Below, piece by piece: positions 11,914-24,282 of a stretch of 64,000 bases of DNA. The notes below the pieces were generated by a model, which saw only the letters and a list, made by a program, of their open reading frames with translations, was not told where the DNA came from and did no database searches. The translations under genes and the position numbers were made by a program. How positions within the stretch are numbered: position 1 is the first letter of the stretch; every line of letters starts with the position of its first letter. The stretch spans positions 12,710,001 through 12,774,000 of the forward strand of contig NC_090330.1 in the NCBI RefSeq assembly GCF_035084215.1, written 5' to 3'. The stretch is from Heptranchias perlo. Its lineage: Eukaryota.

Positions 11914-13689
11914 TGGTGACTAGCGAGGTACTGTAGGACTTGATTCTGGAGCCATTGTTTTTTTCAGTGTATGTTTATGATTTAGGGGAAGGGAAAGTAA
12001 CAAAGTTCTCTGTGTTTGCTGCTGATACCAAATTGGGAGGGGTCGTAAATAATAGGCAACAAGCGGATCAGTAGCAGATGGACCTGAGCAGGTCAGGGGA
12101 TTGGGCCAAAAATTGGAAGACCTCGTTTAATGTAGAAATGCGTAAAGTCATAAAGCTGAAAAAGGGGAAAAACAATGGGAAGTACAGAATAAATGGGGAT
12201 AATTTACAGGGAAAGATATAGGGGAAGGATCTGGAGGTTTTAAACAAGCTTAAACCATCAGCGCAGTGTGCATCTAGGTGAAAGAAACAGCTTGAAGGAT
12301 AGAACACATGCCCCATCAAGTGGTAGTCACCTTCTACAAAGCACTGATTGGTTCCACCTTGGGTATTATGTACAGGTCTTGGCACCATACCACAGAGGGG
12401 CCCTTGGAGAAAGTACTAAGTAGAGCAATTAAATTGATAAATAGGATGAGTACCTGAGCTAGGAAGAAAGCTTTACTCATAGAGGCATAGAGTACAAAAG
12501 CAAGGAAATTATGCTAAACCTTTATAAAACATTGGTTAGGCCTCAGCTGGAGTATTGTGTTCAATTCTGGGCACCACACTTTAGGAAGGATGTCAAGGCC
12601 TTACTGAGGGTGCGAAGAGATTTACTAGAATGGTACCAGGGATGAGTGGAAGAGTTGATTACTGATGGAAAGAGTTTGTCGGTATCTAGGTGATGGGGGG
12701 TGTAGTGCGTGGAGAAGTGGATGTGGCTAGTGGTGTAGTTGGTAGGAGACGCCACTTGACCTCACTCACCTTGACCTCACTCGCCTTGACCACTCATATC
12801 AAAGCACTGAACTTCTTCCTGCACTGCATGTTCATGAAGCTGTGCGCCTGGCATTGACTTCGTCCCCCGCTGTCTCCCACTGCCTTTTGGGCATATGTCT
12901 GGAGGGCTTCTTGCCCCCCCCCCCCACCCCCTACAGATATAGGATGTCCCTCCTTCTGTCCACATCTTGCACCAAGGTCTTTAGTGCATCAGCAAAGAAC
13001 CTTGGTGCATGCACTCTCGCAGGTCTGGTACAAACTCAGATCGGAAGATTGGTGAGGTCTGGTGTGCAGATTGGAGGATGTGGGATTTAGTAGTGCGCAA
13101 CCTTTATTCAATGTTTTAACATAGCTCATCAGTTTGTAAACATAGGGATGGGAGCTCCATCTGCGTTTTGCATGTGCGATGTCTGATCTCCGTTCAGACT
13201 CCGTGCAGACAGCAGACTGTTATTTTCAGCAAATAACAGGTACCAGCTACCTTTAAGAGATTTTTTTAAAGTCAGCCTGCCTTTAAGATTTTGGGGTTCC
13301 TCCTGCTAGTGGAAAGTGCGAATTGTATTGGATCCTTATGTCAATGCTGATTCAGAACGCTGCTTGAAGGTAAGTCCTCAGGCCTCACGAAAGTCTCGTC
13401 CTGCCTGCGCAGGGGCCATTGGGCACGGGGCAATAGCGGATCGCGCTACCTGTGCCCAATAATAGGCCCTATCCAATTTTTTTCCCCCCTGAGTGTTGAC
13501 AGGTGATTTGATTAAAATTGGCTGCTTTTTTCCCCCCTTTACCCTAATTCAGGGATGCTGGAGCCAATTGTAGGGCCCCAATATCAACCCAGTCATGATC
13601 AGCCAACTCAGCAGACAGTTGATTGAACCAAGGGATCATCCTGGTCTCTAAAGGTTCAGTACCATATCGTGAGGAATATTGAATTTACA

Positions 13690-13737
13690 TTTATATATAT
13701 GGATATATGTATATATATATATATATATATACACACA
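13690..13737. repeat. (TA)n microsatellite
   Basis: Directly visible TA run. Confidence 0.9.
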
Positions 13738-14092
13738 TGAAGTCTCCAGTAAGACATTTTAGAGCTTGGAATAGTTGAGGCAAATAGCATAGATGCATTA
13801 ACTACATTAGATATGCACATGAGGGAGAAAGAAAAGGAAGGATATGTCGATGGGTGAGGTGAAGTAAGGTAGGAGGAGGTGCTTGTGGAGCATAAACATC
13901 GGCATTGGCCAGTTGGGCCGAGTGGCCTGTTTCTGTGCTGTACGTTCCATATAATTTGTAACTGAACCCATGATATTTTACGAGAAGACCGCCTGTATAC
14001 AGATGCTATTTGAAGTCAAGCCAAACATATGTTATAGCTACTGTTATTATTTTATATATAATACAGAAAGATTTATATATTTTTTTTTCTAG

Positions 14093-14368
14093 GGTGCTGG
14101 TCTAACCTCCACCTCACATTGGACCCACCTGTTGTGTCAGTTGGAGATAAAGTCACATTAACCTGCACGTACTGTGGAGCGAAAGTGCTAACACCCCGAA
14201 TAAAATGGCAGTATGATGGATTATCGATATCAGATACTGGGGTTGTGAGCATTACCAACAATGGACAGTCTCTTGTTATTTCTCGTGTGGATCAGGAGCA
14301 CTCAAAGAAGTATGGATGTAGTATGGCCAAAAAAGAATCTGTTGTTACTGAAATATGCCTGGACATAG
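14093..14368 (+). CDS. IgSF receptor exon 3: second Ig domain (C2/I-set-like)
   Basis: Acceptor ttttttttctag|, donor G|gtaaaa, phase 1-1. GCWSNLHLTLDPPVVSVGDKVTLTCTYC...IKWQYDG...SLVISRVDQEHSKKYGC...EICLDI. Confidence 0.88.
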
Positions 14369-14844
14369 GTAAAAAAAACCCTTCCATTCAAGTAATGGTA
14401 TCTGAGAACTTACACAAATATTAGTGTGTTTTAGGTCTGGATCTATCAGAAAATGTGGTCACCCCTTCCTACTAGCATATTACACTCAAGCCCCGCCCCG
14501 TACCCCCATAACACAAGGGATGCTAGGGCTATCCAATGATAGGAAGGTTGTCAGCACCCTAATGCCTTTCTAAACTTCCACAGGGATCTTGAGTTATCTA
14601 AACCCAGCATCCAATGAGTTCTCTGCCCCAGCCTCCCCAATGTTAAACCTAAGCCCCATGCCAGGGTATAGCTTCAGCCCTGTCATCAGCTAAAATACTG
14701 AACCGTGTTGGTCCCTTGTTGTATGTATCTGCAAATATGATCTGTAACATAATGTACCCTGTATTATACCACTGAGTCAAAAAGGGTGCTTATTTTGTAC
14801 AACTCACTTAAAGATTATTTTACAAATAGGAAATTTAACATATT

Positions 14845-15015
14845 GGGGTAGTTCTTGACTTTGTGCGATATGTACAATGTTTGATAGCGAGTTAGCAGCC
14901 CATTTTACATCTCTCCTGATTTTACTTTCCGTTGACTTCAATTGGGAGATGTAAAACGGGCTGCCGATTCACTACCACCCGTTTTACACGATCGCACAAA
15001 GTCAAAATCTATCCC
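14845..15015. mobile_element. Short palindromic MITE
   Basis: Inverted arms ttgactttgtgcgat / atcgcacaaagtcaa; ends ggggtag / ctatccc. Confidence 0.7.
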
Positions 15016-15449
15016 GTTTTCTTTTCTTTCGCTCCAATTTTTCATAAATATTTCCCCACTCCTTTTATGTATTATAGTTGACAGCATGGCAGACAAATCG
15101 CTACCAGTGCTGTTCTTGACCCAAGTGTGAGGAGGAGTGTGAGAGCAGCCCTATGTAACTTTTACTTCAAATTTCCCTCCTTGTGGAGAATGTACTCACT
15201 TCTGCTCCACTTCACTTTCTTATACAGCAGCCAGGATTGGGAACTCTTCACATTGTTTCATCTTTCAAACATAAAGTTTTGGTATTCGGAGCCATGGTGT
15301 CCCCCAAGACTGCTGCTATTGATACTTTTCTGCTATTGACAGAGGATAAATCCATTTATCGTATGGCGGGGAGATGGTGGGGGGGAAGGGGGATTGATTC
15401 TCTGTTATTGTGCTCTATGTGGCTGCTGGTGAAACATTTAGAATAATTT

Positions 15450-15830
15450 TTTTTCCTGCCAAATCCTCATCTTCTGAGGTACAGTCCCATGGGCACTGAT
15501 TGCCTTCCAGTATCTAGTCAGTGTTGACATAGTAAATTTGGAATCGCTCCATTAAGTGCTGGCATGATGAACCTCCACAGGCTATTCCACCACATAGGAC
15601 ATTAGAGCTGAACCTGATCCTGCTCCCACCCTTTGTCCTTGTGTGCGCACACTTCCAGCAGGGGTCATTGAATGAGAACAATGGTTTATTATCCGCCTCC
15701 CTAACCCAGAGACACTGAGGCCTATTATAGCTCCCCTAATCTGCATTCTATCCAAGATCAGCTAATTCAGCAGACAGGAGATCAGACCTAGGACTTTCGT
15801 GGTTAGTGTGGTTCAGTTACTCACTAGCTT
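15450..15830 (-). mobile_element. Old SINE (tentatively AmnSINE2-like), diverged
   Basis: Reverse complement resembles the ctgtgctgagttagctgatctc...tgacccctgctgga family seen at 16925, 33130 and 45530. Confidence 0.45.
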
Positions 15831-16393
15831 AATGTATCAGATGATCACTCCTTGTTGAACTCAAATCAAAGTCACAGTACTCTAGGTTCAGTGCTCTGTC
15901 AGAGTTAGGAAATTGCATTTTTTTTCAACTTTTGCGATTACAGTTATTCCTTCAGCAGCATCTTGATCTGAAGTGTGTTATAGATTGTGGTGAAGCTATT
16001 GTCAGTGTTGTCACTAGGATTTCAGTAATGTGTAAAGGTGGGTGTGTGAAATTTTTGAATCATATCTACTCCAGCTGTGGAAAAAAATTCAGCAGCATAA
16101 TTATAGATTTTGTGCACCCAAATTTGGATTATGTCTAGCGAGAGCTGTATGACACCAGAGTGAAGTGCTGGTGGTTACAGCTGTGTCAGTGGTGGTGATA
16201 GTGACATGATGAATTAAAAGTATCACAAAACATTGGCACAACATTAAACTTTCCTGATTAATGCTTTGGCCAAAATGTGATATTTCCTGTAGTCAATTCA
16301 CACCAGTACATTCAGCAAGCCAAGTGACAACACAGTTTTTTTTACTCTAAATAACCTTGTTCAAAAAATCTAAAGTTTGCTTCATCATTGCAG

Positions 16394-16843
16394 AGCTTGA
16401 TTTTCTAGACTCCACTATGTTTGCTGGAGATTATGATTATCCAGTGAGTACACCAATTCCTATTATTACTTCTGAATCGACAACCACATCGGCTACCCAA
16501 GAAACCACCACACAAGTTCTACCAACACCTGAGTCCACAAATGCTTCACAGATCATGTGGAATGATTTAGAGTGGATGCAGGACACCTCTCCAGTTACTA
16601 GTCTGAGAACTGAAAGTTCCCCCACTGCAACGCGATCTACAGTAAAAATCGAGGAAACATCTGATCCATGGAATGAAGATGTAAATCATGGTCAGCAGGG
16701 ATCAACTGCAAGAGACAGTCCTGTTGTAGTAGCAAATGGTGGTATGGGTCAAATTCCCGTATACATCTGCATTATCCTGGGTGGAATTCTGCTACTTATA
16801 ATCATCACATTCCTTATCAAGCGACTCAACAGATCGTGTAAAT
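16394..16843 (+). CDS. IgSF receptor exon 4: DYDY motif, Ser/Thr/Pro mucin stalk, transmembrane helix and juxtamembrane KRLNRSCK
   Basis: Acceptor ttgcag|, phase 1; ORF 16357-16866; TM VYICIILGGILLLIIITFLI at about 16759-16818. Two phase-1 gtaaat donors at 16838 and 16844, so the end is uncertain by 6 nt. Confidence 0.85.
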
Positions 16844-16924
16844 GTAAATATTTTCTTCTTTTTTAAAACAGAAGATACAGGTTTCCCTACTGGTTGAGAG
16901 TAAATGTACCAGTTGAATGTTACT

Positions 16925-17270
16925 GAGACAAACAGACTACGAAATCCTGGTCCGTGCTGAGCAAATTGGTCTCAGCCAGGGCAGCAATGGAGTGCTGCAA
17001 TTGGCTTATGCCTTGGGAGTGTGGGAAGGGGTTGGTTAAATCAGCCGTGGCTCACACTCCTGATTGCTGTTTAGTGACTCCTGCTGGAATATGAATGTTT
17101 GGACCTTGTGTAAAGACAGAATCAGGCTTGACTGTGATTCTCCCAAAGTTGAACAGTCTGCCAACATTGACTGTCTAGGTGAATGGCCACTTGGGCAACC
17201 CACCTATGAAACCATGCCCTAGTGTGAGTCAGCATCTTCACAAGAAGCGGGGAGAGGAGGAGAAAAAAAT
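16925..17270 (+). mobile_element. Old SINE (tentatively AmnSINE2-like), diverged
   Basis: ggtccgtgctgagc...ctcagccagggcagc...gtgactcctgctgga...gaatggccacttggg; several diverged copies in the window. Confidence 0.5.
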
Positions 17271-17689
17271 ATAAAAATAGAGGATATACAACAGAGTTCT
17301 GGGGGCAGAATTTCCACAGAGTTCACCTGATGATCTGCCATAATTTAGGTGCAAGATTGGCGGAAACCCTAGCGAAACGACATGAACAACCATTTACGCT
17401 GTTTCTCCAGGGATTCTGCTGAAATTATGGCGGATGATCGTGAGAACCTGTACGGAAATTCCAGGGGCAGTTCTTTATGTAAAATAAATGACTACCATAT
17501 AACTGATAAGCGCTAGTTAGGACAACCATGACACGATTGGTTTATTTTGTGTCGCAATGGCTCTCAACAAATACACGATTGACTCACAATTTTTTCTCTC
17601 AACTGTTGATCAATTTTTACATAGCTTTTCATTGATATGACTTGAATTTTTCAAGAAAATAATAAATTAATTAAAACTCTTTAAATATT

Positions 17690-17847
17690 GGGGGTAACTT
17701 TCAACCTTGGTGGGGGTGTAAAACCGGTGGTATCTGATCGGCTGCCTGTTATACACATTGCCTGAATTTTCTTTCCATTGAATTCAGTAGTAGCGATTGT
17801 TCCGCTACTGCCTATTTTGCGCTTCTGCCGAAGCTGAATTTTACCCC
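17690..17847. mobile_element. Short palindromic MITE
   Basis: Ends gggggtaactttca...tgaattttacccc; internal gatcggctgcctgttatacac is shared with the 6880 copy. Confidence 0.65.
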
Positions 17848-18098
17848 ATTATAATGTACTTCAAAGTGAGTCATTTACACAAAAAATTAAGAACTACTGC
17901 CATTTTGACGCTTTGAAAAACCTCAGTTTTGACAGTGGCGATTTGGCGGTATAAAACACCAATTTTAAACCAGAGGCATATACTGTGTGATACACCAAAT
18001 GGGTTGTATATAAAAAAATACACTGAAGAGCACAAAATATAATCATGAAAAGAGAAGCACAACTGCATTTAAGATGTTCAATTTCTGTTATTCAACAG

Positions 18099-18129
18099 GT
18101 GGAACCCATGATGTGGAACGCAAAGCAAG
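18099..18129 (+). CDS. IgSF receptor exon 5 (31 nt, cytoplasmic: CGTHDVERKAS)
   Basis: Acceptor ttcaacag|, donor AG|gtacac; phase 1 to 2 keeps the frame open into 26002. Confidence 0.65.
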
Positions 18130-19849
18130 GTACACACTAATGTGGATTTTTCACACATACAGACTTTATTACAAGTCATTTTCAGTGTTTTCAGACATGC
18201 CAGGCAACAGGAGAAAATGGCAAGGTTCAGGGTCATGCAGACCAAATTTAGGAAAATATCAGGTAATATAGCTGATCAACAGCTGGAACAGGTTGTCAGG
18301 AAGGGTGGTGGAGGTCATTCATTCAAGGAACAGCTGGATGCTGTAATGGGAATCCAGTAGGCTTGGTATTCAGGAAAGATATCAAATGAGTCTTCTTCAT
18401 CTGAACCTACCTTGCGAAAATAATGTCTGCTTTAATAAATATTTTTCTTAATTGAACTTGCAGAAGTTTGAGCTGTATATACACTAAATGGGATAGAATT
18501 ATCAAACTCCTCAAATGGAATTTCCAATCCTGGCCATGTCAAGGATCCCCTGGGGAAGTGTGATCATAATGTGATAAATTTTATATTGAGTTTGAGAGTG
18601 ATGTAGTTAAGTCCGAAATTAGGATCTTAAATTTAAACAAAGCCAATTATGTAGGTATGAGGGGTGAACTGGCTAAGGTATATTGGGAAATTAGATTAAA
18701 AGATATGACAGTAGATAAGCATTGGTGAACATTTAAGGAAATAATTCATAATTCCCAATGAATATACATACTCTTGAGGAATAAAAAAAGCCACAGGAAA
18801 AGTGATCCAACTATGGCTAACTGGAGAAGTTAAGGATAGTATTAGATTAAAACAAGAGGCTTACAATGCTGCCAAAAAGAATAGTAAGCCTGAGGATTGG
18901 GAGGGTTTTAGAAATCAGCAAAGGATAACCAAGAAATTGATAAAGAGGGAGAAAATTGAATATGAGAGTAAATGAGCAAGAAAGATAAAAACAGATTGAA
19001 AAAGTTTCTATAAGTTTATAAAAAGGAAGAGATTAGTGAAAGTAAACGTGGGTCCCTTAGAGGCAGAGACAGGAGAAATTATAAAGGGGAATAAGGAAAT
19101 GGCAGAGGCATTAAGCAAATATGTTATATCTGTCTTCACAGTAGAAGACACAAAAAACACACTGGAAATAGTGGGGAACCAAGGGTCTAATGAGAGTGAG
19201 GAACTTAAAGTAATTAAGATTAGTAAAGAAAAAGTTTTAGAAAAATTAATGGGACTGAAAGCCGACAAATCCCCTGGAACTACATCCTAGGGTTTAAAAA
19301 GAGGTGGCTGCAGAGATAGTGGATGCATTGATTTTGATCTTCGAGAATTCCCTAGATTCTAAAACAGTCCCCGTGGATTGGAAGGTAGCAAATGTAACCC
19401 AACTATTCAAGAAAGGAGGGAGAGGGAACTACAAGCCAGTTAGCCTGACACCAATAGTAGGGAAAATGCTAGAATCTATTACTAAGGACGTAGTAACAGG
19501 GTACTTAGAAAATCATAACATGATTAGGCAGAGTCAACACGGTTTTATGAAAGGGCAATCGTGTTTGATAAATCTATTAGAGTTTTTTGAGGGTGTAACT
19601 AGCAGGGTAGGTAAGGGGGAACCATTGGATGTAGTATATTTGGATTTTCAAAAGACATTTGATAAGCTGCCAGTTAAGAGGTTGTTACATGAGATTAGGG
19701 CTCATGGGATTGGGGGTAATATATTAGCATGGATTGAGAATTGGTTAACAGACAGAAAACAGAGACTAGGAATAAACGGGTCATTTTCAGGTTGGCAGGT
19801 TGTGACTAGTGGGGTGCCGCAAGGATCAGTGCTTGGGCCTCAGCTATTT

Positions 19850-20956
19850 TGAGTCAATGGGAATCAGGTGGAAAACTCTCCAGTGGCTGGAGTCATACCT
19901 AGCACAAAGGAAGATGGTAGTGGTTGTTGGAGGCCAATCATCTCAGCCCCAGGACTTTGCTGCTGGAGTTCCTCAGGGCAGTGTCCTAGGCCCAACCATC
20001 TTCATCTGCTTCATCAATGACTTTCCCACCATCATAAGGTCAGAAATGAGGATGTTCGCTGATGATTGCACAGTGTTCAGTTCCATTCGCAACCCCTCAG
20101 ATAATGAAGCAGTCTGTGCCTGCAGGCAGCAGGATCTGGACAACACCCAGGCTTGGGCTGATAAGTGGCAAGTAACATTCCCACCAGACAAGTGCCAGGC
20201 AATGACCATCTCCAACAAGAGAGAGTCTAACCACCTCCCCTTGACATTCAATGGCATTACCATCACCGAATCCCCTACCATCAACATCCTGGGGGTCGCC
20301 ACTGACCAGAAACAACTGGACCAGCCACATAAATACTGTGGCTACAAGAGCAGGTCAGAGGCGGGGGATTCTACAGTGAATGACTGACCTCCTGACTCCT
20401 CAAAGCCTTTCTACCATCTACAAGGCACAAGTCAGGAGTGTAATGGAATACTCTCCACTTGCCTGGATGAGTGCAGCTCCAACAACATTCAAGAAGCTCG
20501 ACACCATCCATGACAAAGCAGCCCACTTGATTGGCACCCCAACCACCATCCCTTCACCACCGGCGCACCGTGGCTGCAATGTGTACCATCTACAGGATGC
20601 ACTGCAGCAACTCGCCAAGGCTTCATCGATAGCACCTCCCAAACCTGCGACCTCTACCACCTAGAAGGACAAGGGCAGCAGGCACATGGGAACAACACCA
20701 TCTGCACGTTTCCCTCCAAGTCACATACCATCCTGACTTGGAAATATATCACCATTCCTTCATCGTTGCTTGGTCAAAATCCTGGAACTCCCTACCTAAC
20801 AGCACTGTGGGAGAACCTTCACCACATGGAATGCAGCAGTTCAAAAAGGCAGCTCACCACCACCTTCTCAAGGGCAATTAGGGATGGGCAATTAGGGATG
20901 GGCAATAAATGCTGGACTTGCCAGCAACGCCCACTTCCCATGAATGAATAAAAAAC
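19850..20956 (+). mobile_element. Nested 5'-truncated LINE of the second lineage (RT MFADD to 3' end), ATTT duplication
   Basis: GVPQGSVLGPTIF...MFADDCT...MEYSPLAW; ends tgaatgaataaaaaa; ATTT at 19846-19849 and 20957-20960; the host CR1 resumes exactly. Confidence 0.85.
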
Positions 20957-21613
20957 ATTTGCAATCTATATTAATGACTTAGATGAAGGGACCGAATGTA
21001 ATGTATCCAAGTTTGCTGATGATATAAAGCTAGGAGGGAAAGTAAGCTGCGATGAGAATGCAAAGAGTCTGCAAGGGAATATTGACAGATTAAGTGAGTG
21101 GGCAAGATGGTGGCAGATGGAGTATAATGTGGAGAAATGTGAGATTATTCACTTTGGTAGGAAAAATAGAAAAACAGCATATTTTTTAAATGGTGAGAAA
21201 CTATTAAATGTTGGTGTTCAGAGAGATGTGGGTGTTCTTGCACACGAAACACAGGAAGTTAACATGCAGGTACAGCAAGCAATTAGGAAGGCAAATGGCA
21301 TATTGGCCTTTATTGCGAGGGAGTTGGAGTTCAAGAGTAAGGAAGTCTTGCTGCAATTGTACAGGGTTTTGGTGAGACCACACCTAGAGTACTGTGTGCA
21401 ATTTTGGTCTCCTTACTTAAGGAAGGATATACTTGCCTTAGAGGCAGCGCAACAAAGGCTCACTAGATTGATTCCTGGGATGAGAGGGTTGTCCTATAAG
21501 GAAAGATTGAGTAGAATGGGCCTATATTCTCTAGAGTTTAGAAGAATGAGAGGTGATCTCATTGAAACATTTAACATTTGAAGAGGGCTTGACAGGGTAG
21601 ATGCTGAGATGAT

Positions 21614-22466
21614 GGCCCCAATTTTCAAATGAAATTGCGGGTGCGTTGGGGGGCTGCGAAAATTGGGAAAATCCTGAGCAGGTGAGGAAGCCGGCCCCAA
21701 CCCGCCGACTTCTGGGTTTCCCACAGGCGTGCCTGTGTGTGCGCGCGCTTCCCGAATGCAGAAGTCCCGCCGGTAATTAAAGCCGGTAGGATGATAGTTA
21801 AAGAACCAAATGTACCTCATCGAGGTACTTAAGGTACTTTATTTCTGACATAGTAGATAGTTAAACCGATTTTAAACTTACCTAGGCGGCTTTCCCAAGG
21901 CTTCCAATTCATGCCTGGTTTTACCAGGCGTGAAGGGCCGGATCAGGCAAAAATACAGTAAATAAATTAAATAAAAAACCATTGCACAAAGTTAAAAAAC
22001 AAAATAAACCTACCTTTCCACCAATGTCACCTGCACCTCCCTGCTCCGATGTCCCCCTCTCTGATGTCCCTCTCAGCCCCCGATGTTTCCCTCTCCGATG
22101 TCCCTCTCAGCCCCCGATGTCTACCTCTCTGATGTCCCTCTCAGCACCCGGATGTCCCCCTCTCCAATCGCCCCCTCTCCCCCTCCACCCCCCCGATCTT
22201 CAGCGCACTCCAATCTCTTTTGAAGCACTGGATCACGTCTCTCTCTCTCTTTCTCTCTCCCCCACTTCGGCGTTGCAGCTCCTATCGGTAGCCAGCCTTT
22301 CAATCAGGCTGGCTGCTGGTTGCGAAACCCAGAAACAACTTTAATCACCATCAATTACATTGCGATCGTGTTGGAAAAGGTGTTTTTTTTAATTCGGGTT
22401 TGCCACGTGCACCTTCACCACCCCCCCCCCCCCACTGCCATCCCGCCACCATTTCAAAATTGAGCC
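21614..22466. mobile_element. Non-autonomous TIR element (MITE, possibly PIF/Harbinger-like) nested in CR1
   Basis: TIRs ggccccaattttcaaatg / catttcaaaattgagcc, flanked by (T)GAT on both sides; internal ccgatgtccc tandem repeats; non-coding. Confidence 0.75.
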
Positions 22467-23202
22467 TGATGTTCTCCCTGAGTGGAGAGTCTATAACTAG
22501 GGGTCATAGTCTCAGGATAAGGGATTGGATATTTAGGACTGAGATGAGGAATTTCTTCACTCAAAGGGTCGTGAATCTTTGGAATTCTCTACCCCAGAGG
22601 GTGGTGGATGCTCAGTCGTTGAGTATATTCAAGACTGAGATCGATAGATTTTTGGACCCTAAGGTAATCAAGGGATGTGGAGATTGGTTGGGAAAGTGGA
22701 GTTGAGGTAGAAGATCAGTCATGATCTTTTGAATAGCAGAGCAGGCTCGAGGGGCTGTATGGCCTACTGCTGCACCTATTTCTTATGTTTCTTATGTTTA
22801 ACTTTGTCCTAAACACTTAAATCAGTTCATTATGTCATTTGAGTACTACATGCAATGGAAGGGCTTCCTCTGGCCCATGTATGAGATCTTTGACCAAACT
22901 GCACGGTGGATTTGTGACAAAAAGGAGAAATGGTAGCAGGGTAGGGCTCTGTCCTGTTGCTTAGCACCTTGCAGTGAGAGATTGCCTCCTGGAATCCCTT
23001 ACATGAAGAAATGGATTGAACAATTGGTGACAGGTGCATCTGCTACACAGCATTGTACCTGGACATCTAGGACCTTAAGCTGGCTTGCACATCTCAAGCT
23101 TTCGTGCATAAGGCAGATAGCTACCATATAGCTTAAGAAACTCTGAGGCTTGGCATAACAGCTAATGGAAGGTAGTACCTGCAGGCTAGTTTACGAGACC
23201 AT

Positions 23203-24282
23203 GACCTAAATTTTAACCCCACGAACGGGTGGGTTGGGGGTGGGTGGGAAGATAAAAATTGTAAAAAACTAAAACCTGACCCCAACTTGTCTCCAACCCG
23301 CCTACTTTCTGTTTTAACGGAGGCGGGTTGAGGGGCCCGTGACCAATCCGCTCTGCGGAGGCGGGTCAGTCAGTGAAAGCTTTTAAGGAGGTTGCGGGCC
23401 ACCATTTTGGCAAGTTTTTATTTTTAACTCCTGGGGGCCGGGATTTCTGGGCCTTCTACTTCACGCCACGTAAGAGGTGAGAAGGCCCGGCTCAGCAGGT
23501 AAGTGCCTTTATTGCACAGCATGTGGGCCAGGAGGAGCAGGAGTGCTTCCCCCAGGCCCAACAAGCCTTTACTCCAGCGATCCCAAACACGCAATCGGCG
23601 GACCCCCCCCCATGATCTCCGACCCCCCCAACGATTTCTGACCACCCCACTTGATCCCCGACCCGATGACTGACCCACCCGATGACACCCCCCGATGACT
23701 CCCAACCCCCAGGATTACTCCCCCTACCCTCCCAATGACAATCCCCCTGATGACCCATGACCGACCCCCGATGACCCCCAACACCACCCTGATGACCAAC
23801 ACCCCTGATGACCCCCAATGACCAACTGCCCCGAGGACCCCTGACCCCACCCCAATGACCGACCCCCCCCCCGATGACTCCCCCTAATGGCCGACCCCCC
23901 GATGGACTCCCGACACCCCCCCCACGACTCCCCCCGATGACTCCTGACCCCCCCCAATGACCTCACCATGACTCCTTCGGATGACCGACCCCCCCCCCGA
24001 TGACCGCTACCTCAAACCCACTGCCCAATCGACCCTCCCCCACCCCCACCTTAGACTAACCTGCTGGCATCCACTTCCTGGCTCTTCTCCCGTCCGACTA
24101 ACGGCCAGCCTGTCAATCTGGCTGGTCTGTCAGGCGGGAAACCGAAAAGAATTAAAAGATGTCCTTACATCAAAATCATAAGGACGTCTGTGAAATCCAT
24201 ACTTTGGGGTTTCCCGTCTGGAAATCCCCCCCCCCCCCCCACTCGCCCTCTTCCCAGCTCCGGATTAAAATTTACCACCCCC
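23203..24282. mobile_element. Non-autonomous TIR-like element with C-rich (gatgacccc)n interior
   Basis: Imperfect inverted ends aaattttaacc / ggattaaaattt; internal motifs resemble 21614 and 31350; low-complexity tract at 23590-24050. Confidence 0.55.

Larger units (their letters stand above)
18520..22797 (+). mobile_element. Long degenerate CR1 LINE (end of endonuclease, RT, 3' UTR) interrupted by two nested insertions
   Basis: ORFs 19036, 19304 (NYKPVSLT...QHGF...YLDFQK...GVPQGSVLGPQLF), 21117 and the 3' part of 22400; ttcttatg tail at about 22780-22797. Confidence 0.9.

Noticed and set aside
9818-16843. Calling the receptor CD4, CD8A, TIM/HAVCR or MPIG6B outright
   Set aside because: The domain combination and genomic neighbourhood fit none of them exactly, so no gene symbol is given without a phylogeny.
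19304-21581. Intact or chimeric reverse transcriptase gene
   Set aside because: Broken by stops and frameshifts and explained by one LINE nested in another.
23424-24181. Overlapping Gly/Val- or Pro-rich ORFs
   Set aside because: Artefacts of a C-rich low-complexity repeat interior; the same applies to 31333-31806.
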